From a bacterium (GTDB taxonomy: Bacteria; Zhuqueibacterota; Zhuqueibacteria; Residuimicrobiales; Krinioviventaceae), in assembly GCA_963693055.1 (NCBI GenBank), contig OY843751.1, positions 3,008,001 to 3,072,000 on the forward strand: a stretch of DNA of 64,000 bases, read 5' to 3'. This document shows positions 49,523-59,388 of this stretch, piece after piece. Under the pieces are notes generated by a model, which ran no database searches, was not told the DNA's origin, and saw nothing but the letters and a program-made list of their open reading frames with translations. The first letter of the stretch is position 1. Each line of letters starts with the position of its first letter. The translations under genes were made by a program, and so were the position numbers.

Positions 49523-50317
49523 ATGAAAAATCTTTTTCAAAATTTAAATCTTAATAAAGCAATGGGAATATCTGTAATCTTTCATTTATTCCTTGTGCTA
49601 TTGTTTTATCTGGTGCATACCCAGATGGTTATGCCATCACCGGAATATGCGGAAATTTCATTTATGTCAAGTTCCAGCAAGACAGTACCCGTATCTACCA
49701 GACAACAAGCCAGACCACAGCCACCTAAACCCGTTACAAAGAAACAGGAACCAGCTCCAGAACCTGTTGCAAAAGAAGAAAAAACTCAACCGATTAATCT
49801 CCCAAAATTCAGAAACAGGTTGGATGAAGAAACAGAAATGATTAAACGGGATTATGGCAAAATGGATGCTTCATCATCAGCACAAAAAATAACACCAGAC
49901 AATTCTGTTTATGATCAACGCGCGCAAGCAATACCGGACGATAATGACAGGAGCTACTACCCTACCCCTTCCACTACAGAGAACGACGCAAAACCTTCTC
50001 TGGTAGAAAGAGATGGAGTAAAGCCGGGTGACTCGAATCAACCCTTTACTATTGAGGGTGATGCAGCCAAACGAACGTTGGTTAAAAAAGTTATCCCACA
50101 ATATCCACCGGGGCTGCAAAAAGAAGCTACAGTCAAAATAAGAGTTTTTGTTTTACCCAATGGTGAAATCGGTCAAATGCTTCCCGTACTTAAAGGAGAT
50201 TCGGTATTGGAAGAGATTACTTTAAAATCGTTAAGAGAATGGAAATTCAATCCATTACCTCCGGGTGAAAACAAAACTGTGCAAGGTATTGTAACCTTTA
50301 GATATGAATTAAGATAA
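49523..50317 (+). CDS. tonB: TonB-family energy transducer
   Basis: TM helix with S..H motif (SVIFH), Pro/Lys-rich linker, PQYP...WKFNP C-terminal domain. Confidence 0.82.
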   Translation: MKNLFQNLNLNKAMGISVIFHLFLVLLFYLVHTQMVMPSPEYAEISFMSSSSKTVPVSTRQQARPQPPKPVTKKQEPAPEPVAKEEKTQPINLPKFRNRLDEETEMIKRDYGKMDASSSAQKITPDNSVYDQRAQAIPDDNDRSYYPTPSTTENDAKPSLVERDGVKPGDSNQPFTIEGDAAKRTLVKKVIPQYPPGLQKEATVKIRVFVLPNGEIGQMLPVLKGDSVLEEITLKSLREWKFNPLPPGENKTVQGIVTFRYELR

Positions 50318-50385
50318 AAATAATTTGAAATTCCCATTTTTTTTTATAATTTAACAATTGTAATTTAAAAAAAAGGAGCTGTCTA

Positions 50386-50991
50386 GTGAAAGTGTTTTAT
50401 ACTCTACTGATCGTATTGTTATCATCAAGCTTTGTTTTAGCAGAAGAAACACTTTTCAGTGGAGATATTACTCATGGAGGTTATGGCGGCCCCAGTTTCA
50501 AAGTCGGTAAAGTATACAACAGTACCGCATTATGGGTTGGTGGAGGCGGCGGCTGGATCATTAACCATCAATTCGTTATTGGTGGCGCTGGATATGGAAT
50601 GGTTTCTGAACTCCGTGCCCCGTCAGTTGTTCAACCCGTAGACGGTACAGATCTTGAATATTTTATTGATCTGGGATATGGCGGTTTGCTGCTTCAATAT
50701 ATTGCTAATTCAGACAAACTCGTTCACTATACTATAGGAGCACTCGTTGGTGCTGGTGGTATCAGTTATTCTGACAGAAGATCTACAACTGAATATGAAA
50801 TAACAGATAGTGACGCCTTTATGGCTATTGAACCCGGGCTGGATGTTGTATTAAATATGACCCGTAATTTCAGACTTGCGTTTGGAGTTAAATACTTGTA
50901 TATATCTGGGTTAAATGGAATGCCGGGATTAGAAAGTTCAGATATCAGCAGTCCCCAATTTCATATAATGCTTAAATTCGGTACTTTTTAA
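50386..50991 (+). CDS. Hypothetical small outer membrane beta-barrel
   Basis: GTG start with AAGGAG; signal peptide; Gly-rich strands; ends LKFGTF. Confidence 0.65.
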   Translation: MKVFYTLLIVLLSSSFVLAEETLFSGDITHGGYGGPSFKVGKVYNSTALWVGGGGGWIINHQFVIGGAGYGMVSELRAPSVVQPVDGTDLEYFIDLGYGGLLLQYIANSDKLVHYTIGALVGAGGISYSDRRSTTEYEITDSDAFMAIEPGLDVVLNMTRNFRLAFGVKYLYISGLNGMPGLESSDISSPQFHIMLKFGTF

Positions 50992-51791
50992 AGATGGGTA
51001 CCTGCCCAAATAACAAAAACTGCCATAGGATATAATAAAACCTGAGCCAATAAAGTCCCTGCCACCCTGCTAATAATCATAAAAACAATACATTTCGAGT
51101 AATAATAAGGACTAGTCTTTCCTTCCAGAATATCATCCGTTAATAGTGAAAAGAATGGATCCACAAAAATCACCAAAATCACGGTAGCCATTCCAGTTAA
51201 CAATGGTGCAAAGCTCCCCGAAGTCAATCGTAATTCAGGATTTAAATACGAAGCCAGCATAGTAGCAAGAGACCCCGCAGTTAAAAACGCAACTGCAATA
51301 AAATTCAATCCAATGATTCTTTTAGGGATCGATTTAATATTCTTTAAATGTTTGAAATTATCTGAAGACGGAATTTTAAATTGTTCTTTAAATTGCCTTA
51401 TACCACTTTTGGTAAAACTGTGAACAATAACCCGGGGAATTGAGCGGTCAATATTAAAACGTTGTACAAACTTTATCAATATCCTCCTGAATGTAGGCAT
51501 TAACACAGCACCGGTAATTGTGCCCAACGTAGCAGCAAACAAAATATAATAGAAATAGTGGGTAGAGGGATTCAAAATTCCGGATCTAAGGTCTGTCTCA
51601 ACTTTTTTGGCAAGAATGGGCACCTGCAATGCATTGGCAGTACGAGACAATAATACCAGAATATTAAACAAGGAAAAAGAAACGGTCAGTCTGCCTGTTT
51701 GAATGCCAACCAGCCTGACTGAATACGCCAAAGTATTTATGGTGTGAATAATAAATGTAAAAATAAATACAAATATTATTGAATGTGACAT
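50988..51791 (-). CDS. amj: Lipid II flippase Amj (DUF2837)
   Basis: HTINTLAYSVRLVG, SLFNILVLLSRTAN, PELRLT, G.AT..L..FVDP..S..TD, SRVAGTLLAQ. Confidence 0.85.
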   Translation of the reverse strand: MSHSIIFVFIFTFIIHTINTLAYSVRLVGIQTGRLTVSFSLFNILVLLSRTANALQVPILAKKVETDLRSGILNPSTHYFYYILFAATLGTITGAVLMPTFRRILIKFVQRFNIDRSIPRVIVHSFTKSGIRQFKEQFKIPSSDNFKHLKNIKSIPKRIIGLNFIAVAFLTAGSLATMLASYLNPELRLTSGSFAPLLTGMATVILVIFVDPFFSLLTDDILEGKTSPYYYSKCIVFMIISRVAGTLLAQVLLYPMAVFVIWAGTHL

Positions 51792-51792
51792 T

Positions 51793-52548
51793 TTAAAAAC
51801 TTGTAGAAAGGTTCAAACTAAACCTGGGATCATTATTAACTGAATCAATTTGAAAATTCATATCCATAACAGACTGATCGATATTCTTATTATGCTTGTA
51901 AACAGACCAAACCGCATCAATCGCACTTACCACATGATTTGCCAAAATTGCGCCAATAACAAAAGTTGCTCGGTTATCTGCACGATCAGCAGAAATTCTC
52001 AACTGTTCATAATTATGCTGATAAGTAGCATTTTCCCAATCCCAGTACATACCTTCTACATCATAATAGTATTCAGGGAGATTGCGGTCTCTCAACTTTG
52101 CAGCATTATATTCATTAATATTGTCATAATTGCCCAGATCAACAAAATATGACTCATCTTTATTAGAAAGATCAACACCAGCATAAGAAGCAGCATATGT
52201 CTTGTATTCATCCTTGCGCCATTCACGAAAAGTAACCAAACCGGAATAAGCCAGCCACAAAGTAACTTCAGAAGCAAAAAAGTATTGTGCTTTTTTTGTG
52301 TTGCCGGTATAACGTTCACCTAAACCGGGAAGAATCATAGACATTAAAAATGCTTTCCCCTTATTCTTGGGAACCATAGAATTAACAGAAACATCTTTGT
52401 CCATTTTTACCTGGGGTGTACCCTGGGCTAAAAGCAAATCTTTATTCAAAAACAAATCATGAGACAAAGATCCTGTCTGGGCTTGAATCGTCGTTACAGT
52501 TGTTAAAAAAATTAGTATTGCTAACAATGCTTGTTTCATATAATTCAC
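51793..52548 (-). CDS. Hypothetical membrane protein (DUF5683-like), paralog B
   Basis: KAFLMSMILPGLGERYTG; NHVVSAIDA; C-terminal Phe. Confidence 0.6.
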   Translation of the reverse strand: MNYMKQALLAILIFLTTVTTIQAQTGSLSHDLFLNKDLLLAQGTPQVKMDKDVSVNSMVPKNKGKAFLMSMILPGLGERYTGNTKKAQYFFASEVTLWLAYSGLVTFREWRKDEYKTYAASYAGVDLSNKDESYFVDLGNYDNINEYNAAKLRDRNLPEYYYDVEGMYWDWENATYQHNYEQLRISADRADNRATFVIGAILANHVVSAIDAVWSVYKHNKNIDQSVMDMNFQIDSVNNDPRFSLNLSTSF

Positions 52549-53369
52549 CAGTTCATTCGTAAGGTTAAAGCTGTGTATTGTTTGTTATTATAATATCTGG
52601 GTTCTAAACGGAGTGCAGTTTGAACTTTATTATTGTGTATTTTGGTACTCCAGGCAGCTTCAAAAGCACTTATAATGTGATTAAATACGGCAATAGTTAC
52701 ACCTGTAGTGGCACGTTTAAAAGCCTGATTGCTGGCATCTCGGCGATCTTCATAATGCAGCCGATTATCTGAAATGTATTTATTGTGGGTCATTTCACTT
52801 ACATCCATATTGATATTATAGCTGGGATCAGAACGAAAATCATCCCATCCCCAGTTGAATTGATAATATTTGCCAATCATTTCATAATACTGTTGGTCTT
52901 TTTCAACATGCAAACCATGGCTGAATGCTGATTGTTCCCAATTACGTAAAGCGTCCAAATCATTGGATGGTAAACCGGATTGAACAGAAATCCAATTCCA
53001 GTATTCATCTTCACTCCAATGTGTGTCAGCATAATCCTGAAATTCGTTTTCTATATCGGTTCCTTCCGCATCATTTACAAAATACATAGCCCACGATGCA
53101 GCTTCTACTGTTAAAAAGCCCAAGGCTTTTTTCCACGATCCATTATAATATTGGCCGGCACCGGGTATTACCAAAGAATAGAATAATGCTTTTTTAACAG
53201 ATTTCACATCATTATTTTGAACAATTGCAGCTGACTGGGATCCGGCCTCTACATCATTCATTACAATAAGGGGTGCAGTTGTGTTTTGCAGATATTCCTG
53301 CCAATCAGTCTGTTGGGCAAAAACAGATACAGCAAACATTAAACATAGTAGTAATATTTTTGCTTTCAC
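52545..53369 (-). CDS. Hypothetical membrane protein (DUF5683-like), paralog A
   Basis: KALFYSLVIPGAGQYYNG; QQYYEMIGKY; NHIISAFEA; C-terminal Trp; GTG start after GGAG. Confidence 0.6.
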   Translation of the reverse strand: MKAKILLLCLMFAVSVFAQQTDWQEYLQNTTAPLIVMNDVEAGSQSAAIVQNNDVKSVKKALFYSLVIPGAGQYYNGSWKKALGFLTVEAASWAMYFVNDAEGTDIENEFQDYADTHWSEDEYWNWISVQSGLPSNDLDALRNWEQSAFSHGLHVEKDQQYYEMIGKYYQFNWGWDDFRSDPSYNINMDVSEMTHNKYISDNRLHYEDRRDASNQAFKRATTGVTIAVFNHIISAFEAAWSTKIHNNKVQTALRLEPRYYNNKQYTALTLRMNW

Positions 53370-53388
53370 TTTAAACTCCGTATTGGAT

Positions 53389-56300
53389 TTAATCCTGAAA
53401 ATCAAACAACAAACTTATATAGTGACGCCATTCATTACCATAGGTATAACCTTCGTGCTCAAATTCGTCGAGAGAATATGCGCTTGAAAATTCAAATGCT
53501 GTAGGGAATCCATAAAACGAGAATCCTGCAAAACGAAGATTAACTCCGGCGTCTTTTTTAAAATTATCTAACTTGATCTCATCTGAATCAAATGCATTAC
53601 CATAATCAACAAACGCACCCAAATAAAGATTGTTTGTAGTTATGTGCAAAATTCTTTTCTGGAAATTTTTAAAAATAGGAAATCGATAGGTAAAACGTCC
53701 CACCAAAAGTTTTCTTCCCTCTATACTGTAAAACGGATACCCTCTTAAACCTGGCAAACCACCGGCAAAAAAGTTGAAAAAACTATCTACCGGACGATCA
53801 ATCCAGCCGCCTATAAGATTTACATCAAGAGCATGATTACGGGTAAAGGGAATTCCATAGTACTGGTGCATATTCAACTGCACCCGGCTGTAATTAAATT
53901 TCGTATAGACTTCCTGAGGTGTTCCATATTCATTATCTGTGGCAAAATCATCAAAAAAATCATTCATCTCATAGGTGTACTGGATATCTAGTTTCATTCC
54001 AGAGGTTGGATTAATTGAAGAATTTAAACTGGGTGCTATCCAATCTGCATCCCATTGTACACCAAAATGATTACCTACAAAATATGTATTGTTGGGTGAA
54101 ACCCATTTCACATTTTGAAAAAAGAAATCTTTGATCTTGGATGTATAACGCTGATGGCTATACCAGGCTCTTACACCCAGATCCTTTGTAACATGAAAAC
54201 GTGCACCAATATCAGCTTCCAATATATTGAACTGAATATCCACAGGTGCTTTTTCGGGATAATCTTCAATTACATCAATTGAACGCTTGATATTGCGAGT
54301 AAAAGCGTATAATTCTAAAAAGATAACAGGTGGTAAATGACGATATTCAAAAATGGCAAAAGCATCTAAATCCATTCGATGGTTCATAGCTACTCCACCG
54401 AGAATGGAATATCTTTCCAATATATCACTTGCGTAAAAATAGGTGCCCAGCTTGACTTTATTAGAGTCAACCATAACTCTGGGTAAAACCATCATTTGAC
54501 CATAATCCATGGAATAGGGTTCTGCTTTTACATCCGGTAACTTTGTATCATCATAATGTCTGGCTTGAGCAAATCGGTCACTCTTGAACAAATTGTCCAG
54601 CTCCGGTGCAATATCATAAGCAGCAGGATAAACAAGTTTAGAAGCATCAATGGGTTGAATATCTTCAATGACAGCAATTTTATAACCGTTATATTCAAAG
54701 TGAGAATATACAAGTTTATTATCCTGAGAAACTGACGGCATAAAGGCACCGCCAATAACATTGGTAACCGGTTCTGGTTGTGCACCATCAGTTTTTACTC
54801 TGTAAATATTGTGTATGCCTGAACGGTCCCATGCAAAGTAAATATAATCACCATTAGGTCCATAAACCGGATCACGCGCGTCACCATATTCAGTAACAAC
54901 ATTATTAATTTTCTTTGACTCAATATTTACCGTTTTAATATCACGTCCATGATGGCGTGATTGAGAAAATACAATATTTTTGCTATCCGGTGAAAAACGT
55001 GGAGAGTAAACGCCTTCACCTTGCGTAAAATTTGTTAGTTCTGTAAAATTTTTCGCATATTTATCCAGCATCATGATATTATCTGTACCATCTTTTTGAA
55101 CGATACAGACAATATGCTCACCATCGGGTGACCAATCCGGATCGATGGAACGAAGACTGGAAGTTAATTTTTTCTCTTTTTTGGTAACAAAGTCATAGAC
55201 ATATAAATCAAAGAAATGTGACATATCCTCAACACGATGTCTTTTTTGATACAAGAGTTTTTTACCATCAGCTGACCAGGCAACGCTTCCATTGATACCG
55301 CCTTTGATAAACTGAGATTTATCAGTTTCCACATCATAAACAAACAACGAAGTCAAAGAAAGATAGTCAGAAGTTTTACTTCCACAATATGCAATTTTTT
55401 TACCGTCAGGAGACCATACAGGTGAAATATTGCCAATGCCTTCATCAATAAGTAATTTACCAGTTACCTGATTTGCTTTAACTGTTTCTAATCTTTTTGC
55501 ATAATAGGTATTCAAATGCTCTTTCCACTCATCATAGAATGTATAGGCATCTTTACCGGTAACATTCTTGATTGCACCATTCACGGAAAAGTTGAATTTC
55601 TTTTTCAAATCCTGAGTAATGGTTTTAAGGGATTCTTCACCATAGTTATGGGCAATATAACGGGTTAGTGCGTATCCCGCATTATAGGTCCGTTCGTTAC
55701 CCAGACTATTTTTACCAAAAACACCCATTTCATCAAAACTATGCAGCTCGTCATTTACAACTGCTGTACGAATAAGCATATCGCGATGTGTGTCCCAGCG
55801 ATCATAATCCAGACCGGAAATCATGTATTGGGCCATTCCTTCGGCCAACCACATTGGCACAATAGTCATAGGAATTGCATAAGATGCAATCTGGTTCGGA
55901 TAACCATACAATACATCGGGACGTTTTTCCTGCTCATAACCGATCCATTGTAAATACAATGCCGGCACGCGTCTGGCCAGTTTGCGAGACGCACCCAAAG
56001 AGATCATATGGCTAAACTCGTGGGTAACAACATTACGAAGCCAGTTGTGGGTTCCTCGCAGAATAAATGTCATCTGCGGTGCCCAGATTTCTACCTTGTT
56101 ATCATAATAATAAGCAGCACCATTTGAATTGTCATCAAAATCTTTAATAATAAAATGAATTTTACCATCAGGACGATAATCATACAAATCGGTGACAGGT
56201 TTATAAATGTCCTCTCCTATTTGCATAACAACACGAGCTGTCCGCTCAGCACCTTCATGGAAATGGACTTTGAAATGTTCCGATTCTATGGTATACCAGT

Positions 56301-56391
56301 CAAGTTCAGGATGTGTATAGTTGAATTCCTGGGCAAATATCTGGATGTTTAAAAATATAAATAATAAAAAGTATATCCGTTTCATTAGCAT
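53389..56391 (-). CDS. Gluzincin (peptidase MA-like) + PD40/TolB beta-propeller + Omp85-like barrel fusion
   Basis: HEFSH and WLAEG; WSPDG/FSPD PD40 repeats; FAGGLPGLRGYP resembling the Omp85 loop-6 motif. Confidence 0.72.
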   Translation of the reverse strand: MLMKRIYFLLFIFLNIQIFAQEFNYTHPELDWYTIESEHFKVHFHEGAERTARVVMQIGEDIYKPVTDLYDYRPDGKIHFIIKDFDDNSNGAAYYYDNKVEIWAPQMTFILRGTHNWLRNVVTHEFSHMISLGASRKLARRVPALYLQWIGYEQEKRPDVLYGYPNQIASYAIPMTIVPMWLAEGMAQYMISGLDYDRWDTHRDMLIRTAVVNDELHSFDEMGVFGKNSLGNERTYNAGYALTRYIAHNYGEESLKTITQDLKKKFNFSVNGAIKNVTGKDAYTFYDEWKEHLNTYYAKRLETVKANQVTGKLLIDEGIGNISPVWSPDGKKIAYCGSKTSDYLSLTSLFVYDVETDKSQFIKGGINGSVAWSADGKKLLYQKRHRVEDMSHFFDLYVYDFVTKKEKKLTSSLRSIDPDWSPDGEHIVCIVQKDGTDNIMMLDKYAKNFTELTNFTQGEGVYSPRFSPDSKNIVFSQSRHHGRDIKTVNIESKKINNVVTEYGDARDPVYGPNGDYIYFAWDRSGIHNIYRVKTDGAQPEPVTNVIGGAFMPSVSQDNKLVYSHFEYNGYKIAVIEDIQPIDASKLVYPAAYDIAPELDNLFKSDRFAQARHYDDTKLPDVKAEPYSMDYGQMMVLPRVMVDSNKVKLGTYFYASDILERYSILGGVAMNHRMDLDAFAIFEYRHLPPVIFLELYAFTRNIKRSIDVIEDYPEKAPVDIQFNILEADIGARFHVTKDLGVRAWYSHQRYTSKIKDFFFQNVKWVSPNNTYFVGNHFGVQWDADWIAPSLNSSINPTSGMKLDIQYTYEMNDFFDDFATDNEYGTPQEVYTKFNYSRVQLNMHQYYGIPFTRNHALDVNLIGGWIDRPVDSFFNFFAGGLPGLRGYPFYSIEGRKLLVGRFTYRFPIFKNFQKRILHITTNNLYLGAFVDYGNAFDSDEIKLDNFKKDAGVNLRFAGFSFYGFPTAFEFSSAYSLDEFEHEGYTYGNEWRHYISLLFDFQD

Positions 56392-56394
56392 TCT

Positions 56395-59289
56395 CTACTT
56401 AACCACTGCAATTTTTATAAACTGAACTGAAGTATCATTAGAGCCGCTGGCTTCAATACGTGCCAGGTATGCTCCACTTTGTACATTACCAACATCCCAA
56501 CGAACCTCATGGTCACCGGGTGTTATTCCGCTTCCGGTTAATTCTTCTATAAATTCACCGGCAATATCGTAAATGCGAATACTGACTGCACTAACCGACT
56601 GGTTCAATCGGTAACGTATATTACTAAACCCACTATCAGCCGGGTTAGGATAACAATAGGTTCCCTTTTCAGACAAAACCTTTGTAGATTCTGTCGACTG
56701 ATGAGTGTCACCTGCAACACTGAAAGAATTTTGATTATTTCCACCATAACTGGTCCAGTTCTTGTCAGATGCCAACGTTACATCAAGATTAAAAAGATAA
56801 AAATATCCATCCGTTGAAATCACTCCACATTCCTGTTTTCCATCACCATCCATATCAACCAGGATTGGAGATACATGTACAGCACTGCCTACAGAAAGAG
56901 GAAAACCTTCTACCATATCACCATTTGAATCATGCGCAGTTAACTGGCCTCCCTGTGTTGCGTTGATTACAATTGCACCATATTCATTTGTAATCGCAAT
57001 CAATGGACTTGTCTTTTCTCCAACCAAATTATCACTTGTTAAATGAGCAGGAAAATTGGAAACAGGAGAATTTTCATAATTATATCCACGAATATCAGAT
57101 TGATATTGTCTGAATAGTTCAGGCAATCCGTCATTATCCATATCACCAACAGCAGGAAGCGTAGATGCAAACATGGGTTCTGCCCCCACATTTCCATCAA
57201 AATCTGCCAAAGTGATAAAAAAGGATTGGGCTTCACTATTAATGTTTTCTGATTCCAGAATAGTTAAGTCAGTTGAATACAATGTATAATCACCATTTTG
57301 ATTTACAACACCCAAACCCGTACCGACCAAAGCTGCAAGTCCGGTAATTTGAGATTCTGTGGTGGAAATTTGTTCAACTATTTCCAAAGTGTCCGTTACA
57401 TTTAATTTTACCAGGCTGCCATCAGTACCTGCAATAAATACAAAAGTTGCATTATTTTCGGTTAAAACAACTGGACCTGCTGTAGGTAAACTGAAATTTA
57501 AATCTAAATTTGAAATTTCAGCTTCGTTACTATTATTAAAAGTAATTAAATATACTTTACCATGTTGGCTGACAAGTATCAACTCTGATGTACCATCATT
57601 ATCAAAATCTGTTATTGCTGGAGGTAAATTAAAATCATCAGTCAAATCCAGTAATTTCGTTTCAGAAGTATTGTTTAATCCATTACCTGCCTTGTTCCAA
57701 ATATGTAATTTTCCCAATTTGGTCAATCCGGCAATATAGGCTTGATTATTGACTGAAATGTTTTTCAAAGAACCGTTAAAAAATTCAGAACCCACATTTT
57801 TAGGAAATCCATCAGCCAGTCTGTCATTTTTGACAGAAAAAGTCATAACCGTATCATTATCACTAATGTTAAAAATATGAATATGACTTTTTGAACCATC
57901 ATTGGCATTGCTGTTTGGAATGGTATAGGGAGACAAAGCTACTGTGTCAGTTTGATTATTTACATATTTATGAGATTCATTATCTGCCCAATAGGGATCA
58001 TAATAGTCACCAGATTCAGCTCCCGAAGCAGCAGAAAACAAATCATAATAATATCCCAAATCCTGTGCACCGTCACTTTCAACCAGATCAACCCCGCGAT
58101 GTTCACGGTCGTTATTAATACTGTTAGTAGCAAGACTGTCATTGATAATATCTTCATCAATATGCCAGATCAGCAATCCCGATCCGGGTATTCCAAAATC
58201 ATATTCATCAATACTGGTTATAACACCCAGTTCACTATCAGCAGTTACATTGCCTTGAGTATCAAATTGGGCCCTGTTTCCGTTTTCATCACGGCCAAAT
58301 GTCACTTTATCTTTAACAGGATCCGTTTGGCGGTTTTCAACAAGAAAATATTCGGTAGAAGATATTGGAATTTTATAGATATGAGGTGCAGAAGCCGTTG
58401 TGGTTGTACCAATTTTCAAATCCGTACCATGAGTTACAACAACTGGCTCTTCCCAACCCAAATACACTTTCATCCAGGCACAGGGATACGCGGGAATTAA
58501 ACCCTGCATATTATATGATCCCTGGTCCATCAAACCCCAACGCCCAATACCTGCAGTACCATCAAGTGTGTTAAACATACTGGGCATACCCAGCTTGCTG
58601 CCCATGAGAAGGGTCATTGTACCCAAAAGACCCAGTTCATAACCTTCCTGACTTTGTGATTCTGGTAATATAATTCCTTCTTTAATAAAGATACCATCAC
58701 CAACATCAATCCCCTGATAAGTGCTGCTGCCCTCACCTAAAGTAGTTTGCAAGGTTTCAAAATCAAGATAAACAGATTGAATGTCATAAGGAGTTGCATC
58801 AAAATCAAAAGCAAAATCACTACCAATTCCAGCATGAAAAATAATAACACCATCATACTTGGAAAAGTCAGGATTATCACTCTCTATTGCCATGTTAATT
58901 ACATCTCGAAGCAATTCTGACCAGCGTTGATTTTTAAGCTCATCATCTTCCTGTCCACTGTAATAAACCATATTTTCAGACAAGGTATAGACTTGATTTT
59001 CACCTTCAGGCAAAACATCAGCTTCAATAACTAGCTGATCATTAGAGATTCTGGCAAAATAATTCTTTAATGCCAGCATTTGATGCTGAAAATAAGTACG
59101 ATTGTGAGGTGGTTTATCAATATTAAATTCACTCTCGTTACCCATATCAAACAAACCATCTCCGGTGGTGGTTGCAAGTTGATCTTGTTCAAATTGCGCA
59201 CGTAAAACCAAATAATTTAGATTACTCGATTGAGCAAATAATAATGGTGTCAGAAATATAAATAGAATTAATATGCTTCTTTTATACAT
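56395..59289 (-). CDS. M6 (immune inhibitor A)-like domain, degenerate active site, with FG-GAP repeats and C-terminal T9SS/FlgD-Ig sorting domain
   Basis: IIFHAG, GRWGLMDQGS, AWMKVYLGW, EYFLVENR, GLLIWHID; DFDNDG/DMDGDG repeats; YCYPNP...IRIYDIAG...WD...SGAY...KIAVVK. Confidence 0.75.
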   Translation of the reverse strand: MYKRSILILFIFLTPLLFAQSSNLNYLVLRAQFEQDQLATTTGDGLFDMGNESEFNIDKPPHNRTYFQHQMLALKNYFARISNDQLVIEADVLPEGENQVYTLSENMVYYSGQEDDELKNQRWSELLRDVINMAIESDNPDFSKYDGVIIFHAGIGSDFAFDFDATPYDIQSVYLDFETLQTTLGEGSSTYQGIDVGDGIFIKEGIILPESQSQEGYELGLLGTMTLLMGSKLGMPSMFNTLDGTAGIGRWGLMDQGSYNMQGLIPAYPCAWMKVYLGWEEPVVVTHGTDLKIGTTTTASAPHIYKIPISSTEYFLVENRQTDPVKDKVTFGRDENGNRAQFDTQGNVTADSELGVITSIDEYDFGIPGSGLLIWHIDEDIINDSLATNSINNDREHRGVDLVESDGAQDLGYYYDLFSAASGAESGDYYDPYWADNESHKYVNNQTDTVALSPYTIPNSNANDGSKSHIHIFNISDNDTVMTFSVKNDRLADGFPKNVGSEFFNGSLKNISVNNQAYIAGLTKLGKLHIWNKAGNGLNNTSETKLLDLTDDFNLPPAITDFDNDGTSELILVSQHGKVYLITFNNSNEAEISNLDLNFSLPTAGPVVLTENNATFVFIAGTDGSLVKLNVTDTLEIVEQISTTESQITGLAALVGTGLGVVNQNGDYTLYSTDLTILESENINSEAQSFFITLADFDGNVGAEPMFASTLPAVGDMDNDGLPELFRQYQSDIRGYNYENSPVSNFPAHLTSDNLVGEKTSPLIAITNEYGAIVINATQGGQLTAHDSNGDMVEGFPLSVGSAVHVSPILVDMDGDGKQECGVISTDGYFYLFNLDVTLASDKNWTSYGGNNQNSFSVAGDTHQSTESTKVLSEKGTYCYPNPADSGFSNIRYRLNQSVSAVSIRIYDIAGEFIEELTGSGITPGDHEVRWDVGNVQSGAYLARIEASGSNDTSVQFIKIAVVK

Positions 59290-59332
59290 AGCAGGTCCTA
59301 TGGTCTGTCATAATCAAGATACAATGTCATTT

Positions 59333-59374
59333 TAAAAAATTGTGCACAGTCTTTACTTACAAACTGTGCACAAG
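59333..59374 (-). terminator. Intrinsic terminator / stabilising hairpin after porV
   Basis: Minus strand: TTGTGCACAGT...ACTGTGCACAA followed by a T-run. Confidence 0.7.
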
Positions 59375-59388
59375 TCAAAATCTAATTT

